Virus record (IMG/VR): IMGVR_UViG_3300020045_007779
Coordinates: 1-41,013 of that record
DNA length: 41,013 nt
DNA from: a virus
Taxonomy: Duplodnaviria; Caudoviricetes
Reading direction: 5' to 3' (one strand)
In this document: positions 1 through 9,742 of the stretch, piece after piece
Numbering within the stretch: the first letter of the stretch is position 1
Layout: every line of letters starts with the position of its first letter
Program-made: the position numbers and the translations under genes
The notes under the pieces: model-generated
What the model saw: the letters and a program-made list of their open reading frames with translations, nothing else
The model's database searches: none
What the model was told of the DNA's origin: nothing

Positions 1-147
1 CATTTCATAGATTTTAAGCCTCTTCTTGTGGTAATCACTTAAAAGAGGCTTTGCATCTTCAATAGAAAGTTCATTATTGATTACGTGCTTATAAGCTTGT
101 TTGCTTGTAAGGTTAGCGTAATAGAATGAGTTTGTATCGACTACCAT
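1..147 (-). CDS. partial hypothetical protein running off the window start
   Basis: ATG at 147 overlaps the end of the 141..809 ORF; frame is open to base 1 (MVVDTNSFYYANLTSKQAY...). Confidence 0.6.
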   Translation of the reverse strand, partial: MVVDTNSFYYANLTSKQAYKHVINNELSIEDAKPLLSDYHKKRLKIYEM

Positions 148-809
148 TGTAATAATGTATAAATAATTCTTTTGTTGTGTGCGAAACGTTTAATTAAATC
201 AAATAGAGGTACCCAAAACCAGTATTGAGTTACTTGGCATCCTTGAGATAAGTTCCCGACTTGTTCACCATTGAAGTTAATCCAAGAATGCACATTGATT
301 CCAAAGTAACCTGTTTGAGGTTGCAAGTAATCCTGTTGAGAGTCCCCATCGTTATCTCTATAAATGCGAACTTCTTTGTCTTGATATAAAAATCCAATAC
401 CTCCAGTCCATTGTGGATTCCAGAACGTTGTATCATTAGGCTGGACTAAAAGGTAGTCAATTTGTTGATTAGGTGCAAGTATAGCGACTCCAGTAATACC
501 TTCAACATTAAGAGTAGCGTTTTTAATTGCTTCGCTTAAACCGGCCGCAGTACTAGCAGGGACAGCCAAAAGAGTTCCATAAGCAAAGACTACAAACCAG
601 TCATCAAAAGTGTTATCAAAGTCGTGATCTGTTCTAATTCCAATAAAATTAAAATCACTATTCCAGATTAATTTTTCCTTTGCAAATTTTCTTTGAAGCT
701 TGGTTATTGCGTCCCGAATAGCTAAGTTTGTTTTTTCGCCTTGTATACCATCTACCTCTAAATTAGTCTCTAGAAAGTAGTTAAGGAATGTTTGAAGTTG
801 TTTTGTCAT
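141..809 (-). CDS. putative endolysin, L,D-transpeptidase (YkuD)-like cysteine peptidase
   Basis: FGINVH...SQGCQV resembles the His...Ser-x-Gly-Cys catalytic motif; also IGIR, FDD and YRDND motifs. Confidence 0.65.
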   Translation of the reverse strand: MTKQLQTFLNYFLETNLEVDGIQGEKTNLAIRDAITKLQRKFAKEKLIWNSDFNFIGIRTDHDFDNTFDDWFVVFAYGTLLAVPASTAAGLSEAIKNATLNVEGITGVAILAPNQQIDYLLVQPNDTTFWNPQWTGGIGFLYQDKEVRIYRDNDGDSQQDYLQPQTGYFGINVHSWINFNGEQVGNLSQGCQVTQYWFWVPLFDLIKRFAHNKRIIYTLLQW

Positions 810-958
810 AATTTGTAACCGCTTGGAATATTATAGTCTACAATTAAATTTACATATTGATTTGTTAATCCTAGTTTTGAAGAAATCAATAAATCTTCTT
901 TTTGTGGAATAACTTTTTTTTTCTTTTTGAGCTTTTTAATTAGCTTTTTTAGTTTCAT
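806..958 (-). CDS. small basic hypothetical protein
   Basis: Start moved to ATG 958 (MKLKKLIKK), after the leader hairpin; ATGA overlap with the next gene. Confidence 0.5.
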   Translation of the reverse strand: MKLKKLIKKLKKKKKVIPQKEDLLISSKLGLTNQYVNLIVDYNIPSGYKL

Positions 959-964
959 AACAAT

Positions 965-994
965 TAAATTAAAACCCTCACATGTGCAAGGGTT
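965..994 (-). terminator. hairpin with T-rich tail upstream of the lysin operon
   Basis: AACCCT-10 nt-AGGGTT followed by TTAATTT on the minus strand. Confidence 0.55.
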
Positions 995-1026
995 CAAGTA
1001 TCAATAAAAATATACGAATAGAATTA

Positions 1027-1033
1027 CAAAGTA
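1027..1033 (-). promoter_or_regulatory. Bacteroidota-type -7 promoter box (TACTTTG)
   Basis: Intergenic, with T-rich upstream sequence. Confidence 0.5.
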
Positions 1034-1046
1034 AAGAAGAAAAAAT

Positions 1047-1853
1047 TTAATAAAAAATAATTCCATGATTTTTTTGCACCTTATTACAATTTTTCGCTTC
1101 TAAAGGTACGTAAAGAGGGTATTTTGTTTGATTATTTTCTAAGAATGCAACTAAAGAACTTTCTCTTAATTGAGCAGTATTTTCAATATTGGCAATTAAC
1201 CATTCAACGTCAGTTTTAGTAATAGCATTAATTTTATCACTTGTTGCAGTGTTAATACCTTGATTGTTAACCTTAGCCCATAGAAAAGGAATGCAAACAT
1301 AAAGAGTTCTAAGAACTGTAATTTGCTTTACATATTGCAATAGTCGCATATTGTCATTAATAAGCTGCAATTCTTGAGATGCAAAAGTTTGCAAATAAGA
1401 TTCATTCCCTTCAATCTCAATCGTGTAAGGTCCAGAACCTGAAACAATAAAGCTATTGTTTTTTACATAAGTCAAAATTTCAGCCTCTAAAACTGCAATT
1501 CTATCCAAGTCCTTTTGATTAGGGGTTTGAATCTCTAAAAGCTTTTCAAGTTCTTTTTCAGCCTTAATTTTAGCTATTGATATAATCTCATCACCAACTT
1601 GAATAGAGCCCCCTACATTAGCTGTAACTGTTAGAACGTTATTTGAACAACTTGCAGTGATTAAAGGTTGAATTTTTTGAATGTAAATCAAACGCTTCAA
1701 TTCGTTTGCTAAAGGCTGCGAAAGAATTCTATCTACGTAATCAGTTTGTGCATTGGTAATGTTTGAACTTAGCCACTCCCAATCAATGTTATTAGAGATT
1801 TGGCTAAATTCTGCAAAGTCTGATTTATTTATGTATTTTATGTTATTAATCAT
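1047..1853 (-). CDS. head-tail adaptor-like protein
   Basis: Directly after portal; N-terminal ISNNID...AQ..YV..IL and C-terminal FL..N...YPLY pattern typical of Bacteroidota phage adaptors. Confidence 0.6.
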   Translation of the reverse strand: MINNIKYINKSDFAEFSQISNNIDWEWLSSNITNAQTDYVDRILSQPLANELKRLIYIQKIQPLITASCSNNVLTVTANVGGSIQVGDEIISIAKIKAEKELEKLLEIQTPNQKDLDRIAVLEAEILTYVKNNSFIVSGSGPYTIEIEGNESYLQTFASQELQLINDNMRLLQYVKQITVLRTLYVCIPFLWAKVNNQGINTATSDKINAITKTDVEWLIANIENTAQLRESSLVAFLENNQTKYPLYVPLEAKNCNKVQKNHGIIFY

Positions 1854-3187
1854 GATATTTTCTTGAAAACTGAACCGTTAATACTTGTATAATTTTCAAT
1901 AGGTTGATAGATTGCGTTTGTCTCATTTTGAGAAATTGGAACTGTAGTTGCTTTAATTCCAGAACTTTCTGCAATGTATTGGCCTTCTCCATTCTCTAAA
2001 GGATTAAAACCTATGATCTTTCTTAATTCATCTATCTTAGTGATTTTCAAAAGAATATCAGAACCAAAGATAAACTGAGTAGGTACACATTGAGCAAAAA
2101 CAACTTTATCACTAAAACCGTTATATCTAAGAATATTTTTATAACACTTTAGAATTTTGTTTTGTAGTTGTGGTTTAATGATCGTATCAAGTGCTAAAGA
2201 TATTGCATTGCTCATTTCACCCGCATTTCCTGACATCGTACCCGTTCCACTAAAACCTGCTAAAATAGGATTCCACGCGTGCGAAGTCATAATTTTTTGA
2301 GTCATTCTGTCTTCTTGTTGACTCAATAAATCAACGTTATTAGTTGCTTCTACTTTATCTATAATAATTCCTTTTTCTCCTTTCTTATCAATAATAACAG
2401 CCTTAGCAGCGTTTTCCGTCCCCATCCACAAAGATTTGATGTTATCCATTAGGCTTTTATATTCAGGGTTTGAAACACCAGCCTCTTGAGGGTAATCGCT
2501 ATTGAATTGATCTGGCATGTTTTCAATCTGAATAATAACAGAAGGGAAAAAACCGTTTTCAACAATCTTTAAGTTATATTGAGAATGATGAATTGCAGTT
2601 TTAAGGGCATTTTCAGCACTAATGTAAGTTGGAGATGGATAAATTAATGATTGTCCAGGACTATAGTCAAAATGATAATAAATAGATTCTTTAGGCAAGG
2701 ATTCTAAAATTATATTCGTGCGAGGCATCGGATTTGCAATCTTATACGTTTTTTCAAAAGTAGGTTTAATTTTACCTCTTACCCATGTATCTTTTATAAT
2801 AACTTCTTCTGGATAATCAACATAGTTTTTGATTCGCATTTGTGCGATTGGCTGGTGATAAGTTTCTGCAATGCTTTTTTTATCCTTTGAGCCAATTAGA
2901 ATAGATTGAAATCCTCCAAAAACTGCTAAGTCCCATGCAATAGATTCTGTCATAGGCTCTAAGAAGTTTTCAAAAAAGATTCTTTCTTCTTCCGTATTGT
3001 ATTCATAAATAAATCCGTTGCCCTTTGTTAAAGTAACTTTTGCACGTAGTATTGAATCATGATCGGAAGCAGCACGAAGCTGCTCCCAAAGTATTGGATT
3101 CCAAGGTAAGCATCCACCATCTTCGAATTTTATTTTTTCGCTGGATAGTTTAACGCTTTCACTTATTGTTATTGATTCGCTTTTCAT
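1850..3187 (-). CDS. portal protein
   Basis: 445 aa; H.SIL..K....GNG, YP.P.Y, ENGFFPS, G.ENA.K and I...H...P.L.G motifs. Confidence 0.85.
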   Translation of the reverse strand: MKSESITISESVKLSSEKIKFEDGGCLPWNPILWEQLRAASDHDSILRAKVTLTKGNGFIYEYNTEEERIFFENFLEPMTESIAWDLAVFGGFQSILIGSKDKKSIAETYHQPIAQMRIKNYVDYPEEVIIKDTWVRGKIKPTFEKTYKIANPMPRTNIILESLPKESIYYHFDYSPGQSLIYPSPTYISAENALKTAIHHSQYNLKIVENGFFPSVIIQIENMPDQFNSDYPQEAGVSNPEYKSLMDNIKSLWMGTENAAKAVIIDKKGEKGIIIDKVEATNNVDLLSQQEDRMTQKIMTSHAWNPILAGFSGTGTMSGNAGEMSNAISLALDTIIKPQLQNKILKCYKNILRYNGFSDKVVFAQCVPTQFIFGSDILLKITKIDELRKIIGFNPLENGEGQYIAESSGIKATTVPISQNETNAIYQPIENYTSINGSVFKKIS

Positions 3188-3190
3188 TTA

Positions 3191-4192
3191 TTAAGCTCCA
3201 AAAGTTCTAGTTTTGTATTTAATAATTACTCTTAATGTTCCATCTCCTAGTGTTGGATCTGAACTGTCAGCAGTTGAAAGATTTAATGCAGTATTCAATA
3301 AATTTGCAAGAAATTGAGTATCTGTTCCTTTTTTGAAACTATTTGATGAAACGGTAATCATTCCATCAATATAAAATAAAGGATTAGTTCCAAGTAAAAA
3401 AGCTAAACTAGCAAATGTACTGTAAGGTGATGAAACATGTGTGTATTCAAGAATAATGTTTTCAATTTCGTAATACTTGCCAACTCCAGGAGTTGGGAGT
3501 AATTCAATTGGAGTAGTTCCCATGGCTAAAATTTCAGCAGAACTAATATCAACTACTTTAGTTTTGTATTCTGTATTGTAAAGTACTTGCCAAACTGGAC
3601 CAACTGTATCATTGAAAAGTATACAAAAATCAGAAACTAATAATTCATTTCCTCCAATATCAAAACCTTGAGTACTTTGCAAGATCAAATTTGACACTCC
3701 TGCAACTTTGATGAACTTAAATATATTAGGATAGGTAGTTTCTGCACTTGTCAAATCCTCTGTAACGTCACCCGAGCTTGTATCAACTATACACATGTAT
3801 TCTGCAAATTCTGTAGTAGTAGCGTAATTTTCAACACCTAATCCTAAAGAATCATTCAAGTAAGTAACAGAAGCGTCTAAAGTCCATCCAGTATCACCAC
3901 CTCCACCACCAGGTACACCAGAAACAAGCGAAATAATATTTACATTATCAGTTGTGTTTTGATAAACCAAATCAATAATTACATTTGAATCTGTAATTGT
4001 TTTTGAAGTACTTGCATCGATTAGGGTTTTATCACCGCAATTAATTACAAGCGAACCTGCACCAATTTTAATAACCTTAAAGTTTCTTTCTGCAAAAGTC
4101 GCTCTTGGCATTTGCAACGTAATATTAACGTTAGTTGTGTCAACTACTGTAATTTCATTGACTAAGTTTGAGTTTTGTGTAACTACTTTCAT
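3191..4192 (-). CDS. virion structural or fibre-like protein
   Basis: Beta-rich; GGGGG linker; C-terminal ISSAEIL...PIELLP.PG.G domain; inside a structural operon. Confidence 0.5.
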   Translation of the reverse strand: MKVVTQNSNLVNEITVVDTTNVNITLQMPRATFAERNFKVIKIGAGSLVINCGDKTLIDASTSKTITDSNVIIDLVYQNTTDNVNIISLVSGVPGGGGGDTGWTLDASVTYLNDSLGLGVENYATTTEFAEYMCIVDTSSGDVTEDLTSAETTYPNIFKFIKVAGVSNLILQSTQGFDIGGNELLVSDFCILFNDTVGPVWQVLYNTEYKTKVVDISSAEILAMGTTPIELLPTPGVGKYYEIENIILEYTHVSSPYSTFASLAFLLGTNPLFYIDGMITVSSNSFKKGTDTQFLANLLNTALNLSTADSSDPTLGDGTLRVIIKYKTRTFGA

Positions 4193-4193
4193 T

Positions 4194-4469
4194 TTATAAT
4201 AATGCTATTAAATCGTTAAATAAATCTAAGTTTGAACTTGATGCAACACCATTTATTAATAGTTGAGGGTATTGAGTACCATCATAAGAAAAGTTATAAC
4301 TTGTCCCTTGCATGTCTGTATAAGCAATACGATCATTATATAAATCTACTATTGCAATTGAACCATCTTTAGAACGAAACCTAAAAAGAGGTACTAATGT
4401 TCCTGCACCTGGCTGCCCTGTTACATCAAATAAATATCCATTTGCAGGTACTGTAAAATTAATTGCCAT
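4194..4469 (-). CDS. small putative structural protein
   Basis: Tightly coupled ORF in a structural operon. Confidence 0.5.
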   Translation of the reverse strand: MAINFTVPANGYLFDVTGQPGAGTLVPLFRFRSKDGSIAIVDLYNDRIAYTDMQGTSYNFSYDGTQYPQLLINGVASSSNLDLFNDLIALL

Positions 4470-4471
4470 GA

Positions 4472-5734
4472 TTAAAATTCTTTAATATTTATAACTCCGT
4501 AAACATTTTGATTTGTTGAAGTTGGCATGTATGCAAGTGTGTATACATCCAAAGTATTATCTATTTGCGAGCTTAAGAAACTCAAAAAGTTTTCCTTCAT
4601 TGTGTTGGTAACCCCTGCAAAGTTAGAAGTTGGAACGGCTGCAATTAAGCGACCCGAACTGGCTGTAATCGTATTCGCTGCAACATGCGCACCCTGTTCA
4701 ATTTTACCAATAGTAGTCCATGTAGTTGCTGCACCCGCAATAGTAGGATTAACAAAAAGCATTATTAATCCTGAATCAGTTGTTGAGTTTATTCCGACTG
4801 CAATGTCTAGAATTTGAATTGCAACATCTCTAAATGCGGTTTGCTTACGAATGCTTTTCAATGCGTAAATAGTTCCTATATTATTTGTTGTCATTGCAGT
4901 TGAATTTACAACTGAAAGAGTTTTACCGCCTTCATTTATACTTCCCTCCGTTGCAACTTGACAACAAATATATCTAAATGAACCCGTTCCAGTAGTTGAT
5001 CTAATTTCATAACGAACGGGTTGATTTGGAGAAAGTATAAAAGTATCTGTTGTGGTCCCTGCATATTTGTATGTATGAATCAATTCAAAACCGTTTGCAG
5101 TCATAACAAAGAAACGCAAATGAGTACCACCAAGCCAAAGGAAATCAAATGCAATTACATTAAAGTTACTCCAATTTTGCGAAGCTATTGCAGCATAATT
5201 ATCCATCGAAGTAAATGGAACATCTATTGTTAAAGTTCCGTTTCTGTACGCTTTAAGACTTTTAATTGTTCCATTGTCTTCTATAAAGAATCCATCAAAA
5301 TTTGAATCATAAGGAGCGACAGCATTTGAAGAAAAATAACCCACTCTTTTTGTTGTGTTTGATTCAGTTTGGAAATTATCAAAAGTAAATTCCATCAATT
5401 GAGATTTGCCATCAAAATATGGATTGAATCTTTTGCTTTGTCTAATTTCGTACTGTCCACTAGTAACAGCTAAATTTACTTTATTACTTCCATAAGTCGC
5501 TGTACCAGTTCCAACATTTTGAAACAATTGTAAATCGTCTTCCCCTAATAATTTACCAGTTAAAAGAGTTGTCATTTGTGAAACTCTTTGCCTTCCCGAA
5601 GCGTCAATTTGAAAAGGATTAAATGATGTGTTTGCAGTAACTGTTCCAGCTACTTGAGTAATTTGCGACCCATTAGTTAAAATCTCTTCTATATTATCAA
5701 AGTTATTAACAGGATCATTATAACTTAATTTCAT
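4472..5734 (-). CDS. virion protein with predicted beta-sandwich/lectin-like fold
   Basis: DASGRQRVS (DAFGRLRVS-like), R.GYF, DFLWLG and P.RYEI motifs. Confidence 0.6.
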   Translation of the reverse strand: MKLSYNDPVNNFDNIEEILTNGSQITQVAGTVTANTSFNPFQIDASGRQRVSQMTTLLTGKLLGEDDLQLFQNVGTGTATYGSNKVNLAVTSGQYEIRQSKRFNPYFDGKSQLMEFTFDNFQTESNTTKRVGYFSSNAVAPYDSNFDGFFIEDNGTIKSLKAYRNGTLTIDVPFTSMDNYAAIASQNWSNFNVIAFDFLWLGGTHLRFFVMTANGFELIHTYKYAGTTTDTFILSPNQPVRYEIRSTTGTGSFRYICCQVATEGSINEGGKTLSVVNSTAMTTNNIGTIYALKSIRKQTAFRDVAIQILDIAVGINSTTDSGLIMLFVNPTIAGAATTWTTIGKIEQGAHVAANTITASSGRLIAAVPTSNFAGVTNTMKENFLSFLSSQIDNTLDVYTLAYMPTSTNQNVYGVINIKEF

Positions 5735-6195
5735 AATGTTTTTCCATATGAGTTTAGAACTTCTTTTGCAGTAACGTCTCCAATAGTACGAAGTGTAAAA
5801 TTATAAACGTTCTCTCCTATCTTAATTTCTTTTGCAATCATTTTTATTTTATTTTCTCCTATGAATTTATATTTCCCATTTGAGTCTAAAAAGATGCAGA
5901 TTATTTCAGTCGCTTTCAATTGCTTAAGAGCGTTGTTAATTTCATTTGATGTTCCCTGAATGGTTAACGTTAGAGTTTGCAAATAGTTTCCATTGACTTC
6001 GGTTTCTGTAAACTCGCAATTTGGCAAGTCCAATAACTTCCAATATAACCAGTCCTGAGAACCTCTTAGAGCTGTGATAATTCCATCACCATCTAAATTA
6101 TACCCCTCATAAAATGAATAGTCACAAAACAAAATCTTTTGTAATCCTTTAGAATTACCCCCGCAATTTTTCAAAGGTGTTTGTGTTAATATCAT
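5731..6195 (-). CDS. tail tube-like protein (second paralogue)
   Basis: N-terminal C-x4/5-G-x3-I/L, Y.QTL.L and D.NG.Y..IG parallel the 36594..37451 protein. Confidence 0.55.
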   Translation of the reverse strand: MILTQTPLKNCGGNSKGLQKILFCDYSFYEGYNLDGDGIITALRGSQDWLYWKLLDLPNCEFTETEVNGNYLQTLTLTIQGTSNEINNALKQLKATEIICIFLDSNGKYKFIGENKIKMIAKEIKIGENVYNFTLRTIGDVTAKEVLNSYGKTL

Positions 6196-9100
6196 CCTAT
6201 ACTATTCATTAAATTAATTTTATTTACTCTATCAATACCTTCAACTACATCTACCACTCCAATCTGCAAATTTACAGATTTAAAGGCTTCTACCAAATTA
6301 TTTTTATTAATTTCACTTTGCACCCCTTCATTAAACATCTGAGTTGCGGGTTTGCCTAATGTTCCACCGGCTTCAAAAGTTTGATTTATCTTTTGTAAGA
6401 AGGGTAAATTTTGCATGGTCGCACGTTTGTTGACTATAAACTCACCACCTTCAACTTCAATATTATTAAATGCTCCAGTTCCTTTTATACCACCTTGAGC
6501 ATGTGAATTGCCTTTAAGAAGTCCACCACGTTCAAACTTAACAAATGATTTAACAGCAGCAAAACCAGCAGCCAAAGCAGCAACAACTAAAGGAATAATT
6601 ACAGGGGCACCTGCACCACTTTGAGCTGCAGCACTTGCAATTGCTCCAACTGATTGAGCAAGGGTTAAAACACTTTGCACTTGTGTTGCAAGTCTTTGCG
6701 CTTTAATTTGTTGCTGTCTAATCTTTTCCTCATCTAATGCTAATTGCTTTTTGGCAGCAGCTTCTTTTTGAATAGCTTGCTCAATTTTTGCACGTGATTC
6801 TAATTCCTGACTAAGTGAATTTTGTAAAAAGTCGCGTTCACTTCCTTTTGCAGTTTCTAATTGAGTGTTAATCGTATCAATCTCATTTTGAGTAGATTCT
6901 AATTTAGATTGAAGTAAACTAATTTGTTCATCTATTTTCTGTTTAGCTTCATTAATTACATCTAATCTTTGCTGTAAGTTTTCAAGTTGTTGATTAATAA
7001 TAATTTGCGAAACATCTGCTAAGCCTTGAGCGACTGCCAAACCAGCTTCAATTTCAGCCTGCACCGCTTCTTTTTTCTTAGCATCAACTGCAGCTTTTCT
7101 TTCAGATTCGTTAGCTTCTTTGCCTGTTTTGAATTCTAAATTAATAACAACATCTTCACCATTTAACGATTCTAATTCTTTTTTAAGTTTCTCTAAATCC
7201 TGCAACTGTTGAGAATTTTTATTCTTAGTTTGTTCAAGTTGCTTGATTTGAATCTCTAATCTTTTCTTTTCAATTTCAAGTTGTTCAAGTTGTAAATCTT
7301 TATTGGCTTGCAATTGATTAAAATTGTCATCATAGATTTTGTTAGTATCTGCAATTATATCTTTATAGATTTTACCAATGTTAAAAATGTTTCGTACTTG
7401 GTTTAATCGTTTTTCATTTTGCTGAATCGATAAATTAAGCAATCTTTGTTCTTCTTTACTATTTGCTTCCTGCAAATCAAATACTTTTTGAAGTTGCTTT
7501 TCTCTTAAATTCAATTGATTGTTTTCAGCTTCAGCTAATAATGCGAGATTTTCCAAAGATACTTCTAAAACTTTTTGATCTGCATCTATTTTTAATTGAG
7601 TCAATTCATTAAGCAAACTAATTTTTCTAATTTCCTCTTCATCTGTAAGTTTACCAATTTTATTAAGAGCATCAATTGAAATTTGAATTTCTTTCTCCTT
7701 TGCAGTTTGATTAAATCTAATTAACTTTTCAGCTTCTTCAATTCCTTTTTGCGTACGAATGTCAATGAACTCTAATTCTTTTTCATTTAATTGCAATTGA
7801 ATTTGTTGAGTAGCTTGCAAAAGTTGTCTATCTAATTCAGCAGCATTTATTTTAATAGCTCGAATACGATTTAATCCTGCTAATTCCTTTGATGCAACTT
7901 CTTCTTTTAATGCTGCAATTTCATTAGTTAAAGATTCATCTAAAAAGCTTAATGCTTCCAAATTAGCTATTTTGAACTTTGCAGCCTTAGTATCAGCCTC
8001 AACGCTTTTATTTACTAATTCCTCTTGTTTCTTTGCATTCGCTGTATTGAATAAAAGTTCTTGTTCAAGTAATCTTATTTTAGTAGCGTTTTGGATAGTT
8101 TGAGCATCAGTAATACTGTTAATTGAATCTAAAGTAATTTGTCTATTGTCTAAAATAAACTGAGTTTCTAATTGAATTAATTCGTTTTTCTTTGCGATTC
8201 TTTGCAATAATAGTTCGTCTCTTTTAGTTTGATCTGTTTCAAGTTTTTCAAGTTCATAAAGTAATCCAATTTCCTTTTCAATTATTGCATTACTTTGTTC
8301 ATAAATATCATTTGTTAGTTTTCTTTTTTCTCCAAAACTCGTAGCAATTGCAAGTTCTTTATTTAAGTTTGCTAAAACTTTAGAAGTGTCTGCAATTTCA
8401 ATTTGTAAATCCTGAAATTGTTTTTCTAAGTCTCTTTGCTTTCCTAGTCTTTCAAACTCATTATTAAAAGCAGTTAAAGGATTTTCAAAAGAAATAAGAG
8501 CCTTAAATCCAGAAATCAAACCAGCAACCGAATCACTAACAAAATTAATTACATTTGCTAAATTACCGAATGCAGATGTTAAAGCAGTTACAACTCCAAT
8601 AATTGCAGTTAGAATCACTAAAGGACTTTTTAATCCTTTACCCAGTAAATCAACTCCTTTACCCAATAGCGTTGCAGATTTACCACCTTTTGCAAGTGAA
8701 TCACTCCAACTATCTAAACCAGTTTTGAACTTCTTAAAACTCAAAACTGCAACCTCTGCACTGTCTTTAATTGCATTAACTGTAATTAAAGCTTTTTGAA
8801 TTCTTTCAATTGATTTTTCAGCAGCCCCACCAGTCCCTCCAAAAGCTTCACTTAATCCAATAAAAGCAGCCGAAGCCTTAGCAGAAAATTCAATAATAGC
8901 TTCAGGACTGAAAGCCTCTTCAAATGCTTTTGCAGTTTCTTCACTTTGTTTAATAGATTCTTCCTGCAATTTCAATGTTTTTTGAATTGCAGTGTTAGTA
9001 ATTGCAGAACTTTCCGAAACTTGTTTTTCAAATTCCTTAATAGAGTTGTTAGTCTTTTCAATTTGCTTATTGAGATTGTCCCATTCAGCTGATCCAAATT

Positions 9101-9236
9101 CAGCATTTGCAAACTCTTTCTCCAAATCTGCTAATTCTTGTTTCATGTCAGCCAGCCCCCCGACTAGCTCGTTTATATTTTTGAAAGTTTTTTCGTAACC
9201 ATCAAACTTTATTGAGAATGTTGTTTCATTAGCCAT
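6192..9236 (-). CDS. tape measure protein
   Basis: 1014 aa coiled coil with hydrophobic segments; C-terminal FERGG..G.SHAQGG...EVEGGEFIVN. Confidence 0.85.
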   Translation of the reverse strand: MANETTFSIKFDGYEKTFKNINELVGGLADMKQELADLEKEFANAEFGSAEWDNLNKQIEKTNNSIKEFEKQVSESSAITNTAIQKTLKLQEESIKQSEETAKAFEEAFSPEAIIEFSAKASAAFIGLSEAFGGTGGAAEKSIERIQKALITVNAIKDSAEVAVLSFKKFKTGLDSWSDSLAKGGKSATLLGKGVDLLGKGLKSPLVILTAIIGVVTALTSAFGNLANVINFVSDSVAGLISGFKALISFENPLTAFNNEFERLGKQRDLEKQFQDLQIEIADTSKVLANLNKELAIATSFGEKRKLTNDIYEQSNAIIEKEIGLLYELEKLETDQTKRDELLLQRIAKKNELIQLETQFILDNRQITLDSINSITDAQTIQNATKIRLLEQELLFNTANAKKQEELVNKSVEADTKAAKFKIANLEALSFLDESLTNEIAALKEEVASKELAGLNRIRAIKINAAELDRQLLQATQQIQLQLNEKELEFIDIRTQKGIEEAEKLIRFNQTAKEKEIQISIDALNKIGKLTDEEEIRKISLLNELTQLKIDADQKVLEVSLENLALLAEAENNQLNLREKQLQKVFDLQEANSKEEQRLLNLSIQQNEKRLNQVRNIFNIGKIYKDIIADTNKIYDDNFNQLQANKDLQLEQLEIEKKRLEIQIKQLEQTKNKNSQQLQDLEKLKKELESLNGEDVVINLEFKTGKEANESERKAAVDAKKKEAVQAEIEAGLAVAQGLADVSQIIINQQLENLQQRLDVINEAKQKIDEQISLLQSKLESTQNEIDTINTQLETAKGSERDFLQNSLSQELESRAKIEQAIQKEAAAKKQLALDEEKIRQQQIKAQRLATQVQSVLTLAQSVGAIASAAAQSGAGAPVIIPLVVAALAAGFAAVKSFVKFERGGLLKGNSHAQGGIKGTGAFNNIEVEGGEFIVNKRATMQNLPFLQKINQTFEAGGTLGKPATQMFNEGVQSEINKNNLVEAFKSVNLQIGVVDVVEGIDRVNKINLMNSIG

Positions 9237-9240
9237 ATCG

Positions 9241-9248
9241 CAAAATTA
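9241..9248 (-). promoter_or_regulatory. -7 box TAATTTTG 4 nt before the tape measure ATG
   Basis: Exact TAnnTTTG match. Confidence 0.65.
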
Positions 9249-9282
9249 AATAATAAAATAATACAAAAATAATTGTGTTGAT

Positions 9283-9295
9283 TATCAATGAGTTA
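9283..9295 (+). promoter_or_regulatory. IHF-consensus site
   Basis: TATCAATGAGTTA matches WATCAANNNNTTR, with an upstream A-tract. Confidence 0.55.
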
Positions 9296-9326
9296 TAAGT
9301 AATTGAAAAAAAATATTTAATAATTA

Positions 9327-9358
9327 TTTGCAATTGTAAATTAAACCCTCTATATTTG
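9327..9358 (+). promoter_or_regulatory. Bacteroidota housekeeping-sigma promoter
   Basis: TTTG-N20-TATATTTG. Confidence 0.8.
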
Positions 9359-9407
9359 TATCATAAATAAAACGAATAGAAAAAAATGGAAAAGAAGATT
9401 AACCCAA

Positions 9408-9635
9408 ATGCAAGCATCAAATAATATTCAATACGTTCTAAATTCGTTTAGGTTCTTAGCTAAAGAAATATCTATGTTTAATTTTGATAGAAAGTTATAT
9501 GTAACAAATTATCTAGAATTAGCTAATAAAATAAAAACTACTTATTGTATAGAAAATCCACAAATTCAATATGCAATTGATTTATTAATGAAATATAAAG
9601 ATAACGAAATAACATTTAGACATTTAGGCAGATAA
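9408..9635 (+). CDS. hypothetical protein
   Basis: First sizeable ORF after the promoter. Confidence 0.55.
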   Translation: MQASNNIQYVLNSFRFLAKEISMFNFDRKLYVTNYLELANKIKTTYCIENPQIQYAIDLLMKYKDNEITFRHLGR

Positions 9636-9742
9636 AACATGTTAGATAACGAAACTTGGATTCAAATTAGATTAGTAAATACTTACAGTAAATAACCCAA
9701 ATGCAAATATACGCCCTTAGGGGCTATTTGCCCGCTTAAAAT

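Noticed and set aside
16-51. Hairpin AAGCCTCTT...AAGAGGCTT as terminator or genome end
   Set aside because: Lies inside an open minus-strand frame, has a long loop, and has no counterpart at the other end.
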